Assembly: GCA_963740085.1 (NCBI GenBank)
Contig: CAVUCU010000007.1
Coordinates: 1-64,000, forward strand
DNA from: Nitrospirota bacterium
Lineage (GTDB): Bacteria; Nitrospirota; UBA9217
Direction of reading: 5' to 3'
DNA length: 64,000 nt
Shown in pieces: positions 1 through 8,832 of this stretch. The position numbers and the translations under genes are program-made. Below the pieces are notes generated by a model, which saw nothing but the letters and a program-made list of their open reading frames with translations, had not been told where the DNA came from and ran no database searches. Position 1 is the first letter of the stretch. Each line of letters opens with the position of its first letter.

Positions 1-387
1 GCTCTACTGGGCCTGTTCTATAAAAAGCCCAAAACCGTGGGAAGGTGTCTGCTGAGTCAGGCGTGCAGAATGCACGTAAATAAAATTGTGGCAACCAATG
101 TTGGTTCTTTGCAGTAGACATAGTATCAAGTTAACAATATATTATCGAAACGGAATCTAGCATCTAATACTGCTTTCCCAAGTCAATCCTAGCCGTTCTT
201 GCCAAAAATTAACTCAGAAATACAGCTTGAAAAGTGCATAACGTCCAGATTTGATGGGTCTTACACCTGCAGGAAGGAATGCGCATCGCATATTTTACCT
301 GCGAGTTCTAAACCCCTTCCAAATTTATTTCTATCTCGACACCACCTACCGTGCTGCACAGGGCGATTTGTCAACAGAGGTGAAGTC

Positions 388-1390
388 TTATGGGTATTCT
401 AAAATTGAATTTATCTTGCCAAGTTCAATAGCTTCAAAGTACCTTGAATCTCCCTTTTCATTTGAGAGTTTGATTGAGCTTGATCTAGGCCCTGTAGTAC
501 TTCCTCTTTTTGTTGGGATATTTTTGTTCAAATCATAAAATGCTACAGTTAGACCTTCTCAAAATATTTTCATATCGCGAGATGTTGGCTTTAAGATAAT
601 CATATTGGGTACCGTCAATAAGATGTAACGAGGGGACGATGTCGTTCCTTATATTGTAAAAATACTGGAGATCGCAATCACATTCACCTAAGACGCTATT
701 AGCTCTTAAACTAAGTTTTTCGCCTTTTCTTTTTATATTTTTTGTTAAATACAAGGATTCAAGAGCAATCGTACAATCAATCAGCCTTTCTATCAAAATG
801 TACGGGTTGCGATTTTCAATGCTCCCTTTTAATAATATGTGAAGAGCGAAATTACAACGTATGTCAATTTGGTCAAACAGGGGTATTTTTTTTCTATAAG
901 GCATGTCGAACAAATCAAGATTTATTAAATAATCCTTCATTTCTTGTCTAAAAACTTCAAATGCCTTAACATCACCAGCATTCATTATATATTGATTGTC
1001 TTTTCTAATTCCACCACCGTCTCCATGGAATGGCATTTCGCGCAATTTGTCTTTATATGTGGTAAAAATAGAGGGGAAGATGATGTCACCGGGTTTAAAT
1101 AGTTTTAAAAGCCTAAACAGTGGGAAGAAAAATCCTCTCGAATTGTCTGGTAAAATCGATACGCTTTTTCCTCGACCTACATAATACCATTTGCATAGTA
1201 CATAGTCATCACTGTGAAAGATGCTGCAATATTTAAGTTCTTTCTGAAGTTCCTTCAAGTTATCATTTGATAACTTCTGTACCCAAAAACCATCGTATGG
1301 TGCATAATCGGCATTGAGGAAGGATAGATAGCCTTCATCCGATGTAAAATTTCTCAGTATCGCGCAAACATGTATGTTATTTTCAATCAT
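388..1390 (-). CDS. ApeA-like HEPN-domain protein (cassette), probably frameshifted near 545
   Basis: IALESLY...LSLRA...FYNIRNDIV(P) HEPN pattern; a shifted frame continues VAFYDLNKN...SILEYP* to about 388. Confidence 0.6.
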
Positions 1391-1395
1391 TTCCG

Positions 1396-1441
1396 ATTCA
1401 ACGCGTGGATTGCGCGTCGCTGTGGACCCGCTTTGTTAGAA
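1396..1441 (-). repeat. Degenerate or hybrid attC-like site
   Basis: Minus strand TTCTAAC-AAAGCGGGTCCACAGCGACGCGC...GTTGAAT; left arm nearly identical to the 1934-1993 site. Confidence 0.65.
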
Positions 1442-1645
1442 TCATCGGCGGATATTTGCCGGGAGCCTCTTGAGTGATAGGCTATATAATCGTATCTTCC
1501 TTTTCACTTTTTTCTTTGTTTTCTCTTCGCTTGTTAAACATTCCTGGCGACCCAGGCGGCTTCCAGTTTATTTCGCCCCAATTTGATGAAGATGATCACG
1601 GCAATTCGCTATATTGCATCGGGAGCATACTCCGCCAGAGAGAAG

Positions 1646-1680
1646 CCTAAACGAACACGAATACGACGTGATAGTTAGAA
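1646..1680 (-). repeat. Minimal attC-like hairpin (35 bp)
   Basis: TTCTAAC-TAT-CACG-tcgtatt-CGTG-TTC-GTTTAGG. Confidence 0.5.
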
Positions 1681-1933
1681 TGCTGTTCTAAATTCGACGA
1701 TCGTAGAGGAAGTTCTTGTTGTTCAATGATTACGATTATATCGTAACCGGACGGCAAGATAAAGCAGAAAAACGAGAAAAGATGATCATGAAAAATTCAT
1801 AATGAACTTTGCACATAATACTTCAACCGATATTTGTTGCTTCAGGACGATGCTGAGCCTTACGAAGAGCACCTACGAGCTTGCATGCGTGTTGACTAAA
1901 ATTCAATGCGAAATACTACTTGAAAAGTGTGTA

Positions 1934-1993
1934 TATGAACACGGCGGTCACGCGCCGACTTTAGGCGCGTCGCTGTGGACCGCCATGTTGGAA
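1934..1993 (-). repeat. attC-like site (60 bp)
   Basis: TTCCAAC-ATGGCGGTC(C)AC...GTGACCGCCGT-GTTCATA; arms pair with one unpaired C. Confidence 0.85.
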
Positions 1994-2057
1994 TTCGGGT
2001 ACTTCTATTCACGCATTACGGAGGACAGTATGTGCAAGAGAAGCGATAGAAAATATA

Positions 2058-2606
2058 TTATTCGTGGTCACATGTATGTTTCAATGGCATTGATTCGTCA
2101 AATGATAGAAAGATGTCTAAATTGTAGAGGTCGTGATTTAGTGTGTTCAGCTCCCCAAACAGAAGCGCAAATATTACGGCGCTTGAGGAATCCAAAGAAT
2201 AACGGTGAAGAAGGTGAGAATCGCCTAAAACGTAAACCGAGAAGAGTTCTTTGTCAGGAAGTTGAAAATTGGGGATATTAATGTCAAAGTTCTTTTTGTT
2301 CCGATTAAATAGCTGAGATAATAGCTCCGGATTCTTTCTTATACCGTATGAGAACCTCAATTCAAATTTTGCAAGGCGAGACGCTATTTTTTCTACGTCA
2401 ATTTTAGACATGAAACTAATCAATCTATCTTCTGGATCGAACATATATATACGCACGGTATTACCACGCAGCACTTTATCAAGAAAAGGCTCCTGTGGAA
2501 ATTGCTTTAATTTAGTTTTATCGCCATCGATGCTCATGGTAAATAAGCGCATCATTTCATCCGCGATTATTTTGAAATCGGCTCTAAATTGGGACAATTG
2601 ATCCAT
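2058..2606 (-). CDS. Hypothetical cassette protein (182 aa)
   Basis: ORF between two attC-like sites; RBS GGAGG overlaps the upstream GTTGGAG box. Confidence 0.7.
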   Translation of the reverse strand: MDQLSQFRADFKIIADEMMRLFTMSIDGDKTKLKQFPQEPFLDKVLRGNTVRIYMFDPEDRLISFMSKIDVEKIASRLAKFELRFSYGIRKNPELLSQLFNRNKKNFDINIPNFQLPDKELFSVYVLGDSHLLHRYSLDSSSAVIFALLFGELNTLNHDLYNLDIFLSFDESMPLKHTCDHE

Positions 2607-2616
2607 TATTTGTTAC

Positions 2617-2654
2617 CTCCAACAGCTCGCCTAAAGGTAGCCGAATGGTTAGAA
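2617..2654 (-). repeat. Short attC-like site (38 bp)
   Basis: TTCTAAC-CATTCGGCTA-cctt-TAGGCGAGCT-GTTGGAG; left end identical to the 4563-4621 site. Confidence 0.75.
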
Positions 2655-2664
2655 TCATCATGCG

Positions 2665-3597
2665 CTATTGTCTAACAAAAGCAACTTCTTCGAAATAATA
2701 CTCGTTATTTGAATGATCAAATTGGAAGATTCGAATTCTGTTACCAACAACCCAATGCTTTAATCCTTGGTAAAGTGAGTATATTTTATTTTTATCGTGT
2801 CGCGGCACAACAATAAATAATCTCGGGTTAGGTGATGTATCTTTGTACTCGTTATAATAACGTGAAACTTGGCCACATAATCTGTCGGCCGCGCTTGAGC
2901 TTAGATGTTTTGCCTTTAACTCTACAATAACATCTTCGCCTAATTTGTCTTTTGCGACAATATCCAGTGCGCCGGTCGCTATAAACTTCTGCTGTTTTAC
3001 GAATTTTAAACCCGGCTCAAGGGCTTCAATATTTAATGTAATGTATTCTTGAAGTTTTTCTTCGGGGTAATTTCTGATTAACTTTGCTTTTTGACGTAAT
3101 GGGATGTTATTCACCATACACCACTTGGAGAATTCGCTGCAATCCGTGAAATGCTTTCCCTCGCTGTCATTATATGACTTCTTTAATGATCCATTGATCG
3201 AGAAATCCTTATATTCCTTATACCACCTTGCAAATACGCCAAATTTATTAAACATTACCTCTGGACAAGAATTGGATATTTCAACGAGAAATTCTTTGGG
3301 GTTACTTGTGTTGTGTATAATACCCAAGTGCGGATTGAGTTGATAATCTGTTTCATCAATATCTTCGAAAGATAATGCCCGCCCCTTTCCCACAGTCATA
3401 TCATATATATAACTTGAATATTCCTTTGTTCCTTGACGACTGAGCAGCCATCTCGTGCCGCTTGCTCGCTCACAATCCGTTACAGCAGGACACCTGGATG
3501 GGTAGCCGGATTGTTCACTAAGCTTCTCATATTGAAGTTTAGAATACCCAAGACAGTCGTGATTTTTTTTAGCTTTTGCTTTTCGTTTAGTGGCCAT
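2665..3597 (-). CDS. Protein with C-terminal NucS/EndoMS-like PD-(D/E)xK nuclease domain (cassette)
   Basis: EEKLQEYI...LEPGL...GALDIVAKD...VELK...GQVSRYY; Cys-rich N-terminus. Confidence 0.75.
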   Translation of the reverse strand: MATKRKAKAKKNHDCLGYSKLQYEKLSEQSGYPSRCPAVTDCERASGTRWLLSRQGTKEYSSYIYDMTVGKGRALSFEDIDETDYQLNPHLGIIHNTSNPKEFLVEISNSCPEVMFNKFGVFARWYKEYKDFSINGSLKKSYNDSEGKHFTDCSEFSKWCMVNNIPLRQKAKLIRNYPEEKLQEYITLNIEALEPGLKFVKQQKFIATGALDIVAKDKLGEDVIVELKAKHLSSSAADRLCGQVSRYYNEYKDTSPNPRLFIVVPRHDKNKIYSLYQGLKHWVVGNRIRIFQFDHSNNEYYFEEVAFVRQ

Positions 3598-3655
3598 AGC
3601 TTAAAATTCCATGTGAAAACATGGTCTGTTAGTTAACACACAAGGTGTGCGTCAG

Positions 3656-3719
3656 AACTAACGTGCGGCCGGCTGACCCACCGGGCGAAACCCGGATGGT
3701 GTCTAGCCGCTGGTTGGAA
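3656..3719 (-). repeat. attC-like site (64 bp)
   Basis: TTCCAAC-CAGCGGCT(A)GAC...CCGGG-tttcg-CCCGG...GTCAGCCG...GTTAGTT. Confidence 0.8.
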
Positions 3720-3741
3720 TCATTTAGTTTGCTGAGAATCT

Positions 3742-4496
3742 TCATTTTGCTCTATGGACTTCGTTTTTGATCCCATGTGTATTATTCCATTTACGAATTA
3801 TCGGGTTTTTTAAAGTACCCTGCCCCATTTCTTTTCGACGATTTTCAGTGTCCACTAGATTGTCGGCTATCTTTGGGTTGCGGAGGAGACGATTAATCTC
3901 CCTGTGAAAAAGGGCGTTAATATCGTTCGCGGTTTTCGAGTATCCCTTATGGGTGGTTAAATCGAAATCTTCATTTTGGTCGGTTCCAATTAAAGCGCCG
4001 TCCCGATCAATCCAGCTGACGTGTTGAAAATATGCTACTTGCTTTTCCACGTCGAAATATACAAAGGCAGAAATAAATTTTACGAGATCAGGGTATGGTT
4101 TTTTATAACCCCGAGAGTTCCATTTTCAATTTTTTGCTTTAGCGTGCGCGCAAGCTCTTTTCTTTTTTTCCCATCTTTCAATTTGATTATCAGTCGAACA
4201 GTAAAATTCCCATCGTCAAGATATGATGTTGCGCCAGCATATATATGATTTTCGTCACCCAATAGGGGGCCGAGATTGGCATCTATCGAATCTGATGTTA
4301 TGTACGTATCTGATTGCGGCGACGATTTAACTAAAACCGGTTTTGTCCATTGATCGTTTAAACCCTGAACTACAAACGTTCCCTGTGGCCCAATCTGGAT
4401 TGGATGAAGCAATCTAGAGGACTCATAATCTTGTGCCTGAGAAATACTGAACAAGGCAAATACAAAAAATAATACCCAATTTGATATCGTCTTCAT
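3742..4496 (-). CDS. Secreted hypothetical cassette protein (ORFs 4080-4496 and 3742-4050, possibly one frameshifted gene)
   Basis: Signal peptide MKTISNWVLFFVFALFSISQA; no attC between the two ORFs. Confidence 0.55.
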
Positions 4497-4562
4497 TTTG
4501 TCATCCTTTGGTTTATTAGCTGCTCAGCGGCCTTGTCCGTCTGGAGCGTGTGCTTGGAGAAA

Positions 4563-4621
4563 GTCCAACGGCTCGGCTGATGGGCGCGTTTTTCGCGACC
4601 TCTCGAGCCGAATGGTTAGAA
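4563..4621 (-). repeat. attC site, best conserved copy (59 bp)
   Basis: TTCTAAC-CAT-TCGGCT(C)GA...TCAGCCGA-GCC-GTTGGAC; canonical GTTRRRY box; unpaired C gives an extrahelical G on the bottom strand. Confidence 0.9.
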
Positions 4622-4670
4622 CAATTTATTTGTATCTATTACGAAGGCGATCCGGGACCGCAAGCTCCTC

Positions 4671-5444
4671 TTAACCAATGTGCAGAACGAAGAGGGCCAT
4701 CGTCCGGCTTTGCGTCCGAAGACCACATACAAGCCCCCACAATATTATGCCATGACCAAACTGAGCCGCGAAGGCGAAAAAATCCTCCTGCGGTTTGTAC
4801 CCAGAAATATATTTAAAGCGATCACCGTATTCCTTGATATTCGGTCGTTGTCCCACGGTCAAGTTAGGCAATGTTGAAGTCAGAAAAGAATTCAATTTAT
4901 CAGTTCCACCGACTTGCGGCTGGTATGAACTAATATAGAAGTAATGATCTCGAGTCAAGATTTTGCCAACTTCACGAAGGTATAGAGCGTGAATGAATTT
5001 TTTCCCCATCATTTCAACCGCATCTTTTAGGACTGACGGTACAGGCAACGTGAAGGCAACTGGTTCGGGCGTGATGATTGAGCCAACTTTATTTATTGGA
5101 TACGATCTCGTTACATCGGGAAGAGCGTCTGGATAATTGTTGGCAATGCCCTGCCTCAGTTTTTGTATCTTCTTGTGAATTTCCTTATGGCGCACCATCG
5201 ATTCATCGAAATCTAGCAAAAATGAATATAAACCGAAAATTTGATCTTGCTTCTTTGAGCCTTCGTTGCAGACTTTACACGCTGGCGATTCAAAGCTGTG
5301 AGGTGCATATCCATCCGGAAAGCATGCTTGGGGAGGAACATGATCGATAGTAATAGCAGGGTTTATTCCACCGCAGAAATAGCAATCTGGATGTTCAATG
5401 AGAAACGTTTGCTGTCGCTTCTTTCGGCACATAGCGTTAGACAT
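4671..5444 (-). CDS. HNH-family nuclease-domain protein (cassette)
   Basis: CYFCG...TIDHVPP...ACKVCN zinc-binding HNH motif at the N-terminus. Confidence 0.75.
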   Translation of the reverse strand: MSNAMCRKKRQQTFLIEHPDCYFCGGINPAITIDHVPPQACFPDGYAPHSFESPACKVCNEGSKKQDQIFGLYSFLLDFDESMVRHKEIHKKIQKLRQGIANNYPDALPDVTRSYPINKVGSIITPEPVAFTLPVPSVLKDAVEMMGKKFIHALYLREVGKILTRDHYFYISSYQPQVGGTDKLNSFLTSTLPNLTVGQRPNIKEYGDRFKYISGYKPQEDFFAFAAQFGHGIILWGLVCGLRTQSRTMALFVLHIG

Positions 5445-5479
5445 TCTGGGCTCAACGACCTCCGATTCAAGTTGAGAAA

Positions 5480-5537
5480 GTACAGCATCTCGGCTAGGGA
5501 GCGGCTATCGCGACACTCTCGAGCCGAATGATTAGAA
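5480..5537 (-). repeat. Degenerate attC-like site (58 bp)
   Basis: TTCTAAT-CATTCGGCTCGAGAG...CTCCCTAGCCGAGAT-GCTGTAC; left arm matches the 4563-4621 site but core boxes are mutated. Confidence 0.75.
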
Positions 5538-5569
5538 TCTGCATGGGTCAAAACATCAAGTCACTGAAC

Positions 5570-6025
5570 TTACACTTCTTCTTTTACGCGAACCCACTCT
5601 TTCTTTAAAACCCGCTGTGATAGTTCAGTAATTTTGCCATGCGACTGAATGAACTGCTTGTCTAAGTCTGGCCCGCCCGCTATTGAATTAATCATGTCGC
5701 GCATTGCTTTTAATAGACCAACATGATCATCTTCCTTTGGGTTCAGCATGAGAATAATTCTTTGCTCAAGCTCAAGCAGGCGTTTGTACTCCTTGTCTGT
5801 CCGGTCGTCAAATCCAGTGAGAAAGTAATGGTGTGAACTACTAATTATCTAGACAGATCTTAGTTCATTTATCCAAGCCTGACGCATAGGAGCGATGATT
5901 TGTTTATTAGATATTCTCTGCGAAGTATCTATTTGACGTTTTGCAATTCGCCAAGATATAAACGGACCGACAAAAACGGCCAACAAGGCTATGGTTAGTG
6001 AGAGAACAGGGATTATTTCATTCAC
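5570..6025 (-). pseudogene. Single-TM hypothetical cassette protein interrupted by an in-frame TAG (5849-5851)
   Basis: RBS AGGAGG plus GTG; same frame continues past TAG: IISSSHHYF...LMLNPKEDDH...VLKKEWVRVKEEV*. Confidence 0.65.
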
Positions 6026-6045
6026 CAGAACATCCTCCTTGCGAC

Positions 6046-6081
6046 CGGCAACAAGGGGATCAATAGCCCCCCTCGTTAATA
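6046..6081 (-). repeat. Short attC-like hairpin
   Basis: TATTAAC-GAGGGG...CCCCTT-GTTGCCG. Confidence 0.45.
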
Positions 6082-6093
6082 CCGAAACTCTGT

Positions 6094-6138
6094 TCTTAAC
6101 GAGCCCCATAGATAATACCGGATTTTCGTGGTTATCTA
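6094..6138 (-). other. Candidate attI-like site
   Basis: GTTAAGA box at the array head, preceded by inverted repeat TAGATAA-N16-TTATCTA. Confidence 0.4.
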
Positions 6139-6467
6139 GTTTAGCAATGATTGTGCCATGTCGGATTTAATATTCAGCACGACTATAAACCTGATCTAAT
6201 AAGATGTCAACGGCAGTGAGGGGTAGTTACTGGGTATTTATTGGTAGGTTGGCTCAACGAATACAGGTTGTTAATTTAAGTGTGTCGTAAGATGGCAACT
6301 TCAACTGCTCCAGGAAGTTGATTGCGTATCATGAATATATCATAGATTTCACAATACATAAAGTATCTTCTGCGTGATATCATTACTACTAATAGAATCT
6401 TACTATCAAATGCCTCCCGACTTCATCCTAAAGAATCCCTAGAGGCACCATCACAACAGGAGGAACC

Positions 6468-7307
6468 ATGCAAATATCAAATGCCATAAGCACCTTCAGA
6501 ATGCAGCAATTCGCTACTCTAAGACCAAGCACGCAGGTTCACTACATCAAACTGCTCGATCAGCTCCAGCAGCATTTTAGCGGAAGAGAAATTGAATCAG
6601 TAACGGCTGATGAGGTCGGTCAATTTCTTGAATCGAAGACGGCAAACAAGGCTAAAGCGACGCGGCGATTAAAGTATGCGCAGGTTAAAGCGTTCTTTAA
6701 TTTTCTGATCAATGAGTGCCTCATTGATATCAAGAATCCCTGCTCACATCCGTTAGTTGCGAAGCAGTTTAAGAATCCCAAACCGGCAGCCCGGAAGATA
6801 TTAGACAAGGAACTTGTGGATCAGCTGATCTATAGTACTAAGTCGGACAGGGATCGTCTAATACTTGAACTACAGGCACGATGCGGATTAAGAATCGGGG
6901 AGGTACTCAAACTTCGGGCTGTCGATGTCGCTGACAGAAAGCTTACGATCCTTGAGCCGAAATCCGGCAAGGAAAGCGAAATTGCCTTCATGCCGGAGCA
7001 AATTGCAAAGAGGCTTGCCGAGTACATCGTTAACTGCAATATCGGTCCCGAGGCGCGACTCTTTCCCGTTTGTTATTCGACAGTGCGAGCACTGATCAGG
7101 CACTTGGCAGAAAAGTTCCGCGTGAAAATAACGCCACACGATTTCAGGCGACATTCAGCCACTTATGCCAGTAGGAATGGAGTTCCGTTGGAGATCGTTT
7201 CAAAGGTGATATTAAGACATCACGACCTCAAGACGACCCAGGTATACCTTGGCAAAGTCAATGATACCGAGGCTATCCGGTGGATGGATGTGCTCCACGG
7301 GAAATAA
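6468..7307 (+). CDS. Tyrosine recombinase (Xer-sized, no IntI insertion)
   Basis: CGLRIGE, KSGK, HDFRRH, ILRHHDLKTTQVY catalytic residues; RBS AGGAGG. Confidence 0.92.
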   Translation: MQISNAISTFRMQQFATLRPSTQVHYIKLLDQLQQHFSGREIESVTADEVGQFLESKTANKAKATRRLKYAQVKAFFNFLINECLIDIKNPCSHPLVAKQFKNPKPAARKILDKELVDQLIYSTKSDRDRLILELQARCGLRIGEVLKLRAVDVADRKLTILEPKSGKESEIAFMPEQIAKRLAEYIVNCNIGPEARLFPVCYSTVRALIRHLAEKFRVKITPHDFRRHSATYASRNGVPLEIVSKVILRHHDLKTTQVYLGKVNDTEAIRWMDVLHGK

Positions 7308-7503
7308 AATAGCATGTAACAGTTAGTATCAGTGCCTCTGGGGAAATAATTCAGCTTGAAATGTGCGATTTTTTAATTCATAATAGCTCGCGATTAACTT
7401 CCTATATCCAATGAGGTTTCCATTCTTCTAAACACTTAATGTTTGCTGTATTCTGCAACCTATTTACCAACATTTTCCCATTCGACACACGAGGTAATTG
7501 CCC

Positions 7504-7532
7504 TTGACAAGTAGTATCAATAGTGATACTAT
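7504..7532 (+). promoter_or_regulatory. sigma70 promoter with palindromic operator (hicAB)
   Basis: TTGACA-17 bp-TACTAT overlapped by TAGTATCA-N4-TGATACTA; ATG at 7538 suggests a leaderless mRNA. Confidence 0.7.
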
Positions 7533-7537
7533 TATTT

Positions 7538-7801
7538 ATGTCAACGATCGCGGATGTTGTTGCAGAGATGCGGAATAACCCGAAAGGAATACGTTTCACT
7601 GATGCGATCACGGTTTGTAACCATTATTTCGGAAAGCCGCGCCAGAAGAGCAGTAGTCATCATGTATATAAAACGCCGTGGATCGGGAATCCGCGTGTCA
7701 ATATTCAAAACGAAAAAGGTAAGGCCAAGGCGTACCAAGTAAGACAGATTCTGGCGGCAATTGATAAGTTGGAGGCCGAACATGCAAAAGAAAACAGATA
7801 A
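7538..7801 (+). CDS. hicA: HicA-family toxin
   Basis: NPKGIRF...FGKPRQKSSSHHVYKTPW...GKAKAYQVRQ. Confidence 0.85.
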   Translation: MSTIADVVAEMRNNPKGIRFTDAITVCNHYFGKPRQKSSSHHVYKTPWIGNPRVNIQNEKGKAKAYQVRQILAAIDKLEAEHAKENR

Positions 7802-8111
7802 ATATACCTACCGAGTAACGTGGTCAGAAGAAGATGCGGAATATGTCGGGTTGTGTGCTGAGTTCCCGGGCCTGAGCTGGCTTGCTAAATCACCTGAAGC
7901 GGCGCTAAAGGGAATCCGTGCGGTGGTATTTGACGCGCTCACGGACATGTCGCACAACCACGAACCATTGCCGGAGCCGATCGCTACAAAACATTTCAGT
8001 GGTAAGTTTGTGGTTCGAGTCCTTCCTGATGTACATAGACAGCTTGCGATTCAGGCGGCAGAAGCAGGGGTAAGCCTTAATCGGCTGGCCAGCGTAAAGC
8101 TCAGTCAGTAG
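7782..8111 (+). CDS. hicB: HicB-family antitoxin
   Basis: YTYRVTWSEED...CAEFPGLSW...FSGKFVVRV...EAGVSLNR. Confidence 0.88.
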   Translation: MQKKTDKYTYRVTWSEEDAEYVGLCAEFPGLSWLAKSPEAALKGIRAVVFDALTDMSHNHEPLPEPIATKHFSGKFVVRVLPDVHRQLAIQAAEAGVSLNRLASVKLSQ

Positions 8112-8479
8112 CGGATCGGGCGCGCTAAAGTTGTGTGCCCCACTGTCCCAACTGGGCTGCACTACTCTCTTCCCGCTGTTCAATAAGGATATCTGAAATC
8201 ATTATGCCGCTATTGTTGACCGGGATTCCCCTTACCGACCACAATCTCTTTCTTTTCTATTTAACGGGTTTCCATTCTTAGTAACAATGTAATTATCAAC
8301 CTGTATTTGTTAATGTTCAAACCATTTTCGTCATTCATTGTCATTAATAGCGATTACCGCAATTACCAAAATCCTGCTGAATATAATATTGCATCACGAA
8401 TTAAAATGGGGTATGCTTGAACATAAAGACAAGAGAGCCTGAATTGCTCAATTAATAAAACATACAAGGAGGATATTCA

Positions 8480-8677
8480 ATGGAAGGTCTTTTTCAGCCG
8501 ATGCATTTGATTATCATTTTAGCGATTGCACTGATAATATTTGGCCCGAGCAGGTTGCCGCAACTTGGGGAAGGACTTGGTAAAAGTATTAGGGAATTTA
8601 AAAAAGCTTTGAACGAAAAGGACGAACCACAAGAAATGACCAAATCAATTTCGCAGGGTAGTGAGAAAATCAAATGA
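8480..8677 (+). CDS. tatA: Twin-arginine translocase TatA/E
   Basis: [27 protein letters not shown]. Confidence 0.9.
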   Translation: MEGLFQPMHLIIILAIALIIFGPSRLPQLGEGLGKSIREFKKALNEKDEPQEMTKSISQGSEKIK

Positions 8678-8832
8678 ATTCATAGAGACGTTTTATCCTT
8701 ATGTTTTAAATAAAAAAGTGAACACTGCCATCGCTGTGAACAATACACCATAGTACTGGAGAAGGGACTATAAGGCCCACCAAACGGACAGATTAAGACC
8801 GATATAGGAAACACATAGATACAAGAGATACT

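Larger units (their letters stand above)
1396..6138 (-). mobile_element. Integron-like gene-cassette array (about 8 attC-like sites plus candidate attI); probably continues left
   Basis: AT-rich co-oriented minus-strand ORFs separated by GC-richer imperfect palindromes bounded by (T)TCYAAC...GTT boxes. Confidence 0.85.

Noticed and set aside
85-110. Additional attC near the window start (CAACCAATGTTGG)
   Set aside because: Only a tiny palindrome; no paired arms could be found.
1396-5537. attC-like hairpins as simple terminators or CRISPR repeats
   Set aside because: No U-tracts; they have conserved AAC/GTT boxes and gene-sized spacing.
5849-5851. Pyrrolysine readthrough
   Set aside because: No pyl genes or methyltransferase context in the window; a lesion is more parsimonious.
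6468-7307. Calling the recombinase intI or xerC/xerD
   Set aside because: No IntI insertion; atypical ILRH motif and accessory context argue against a housekeeping Xer.
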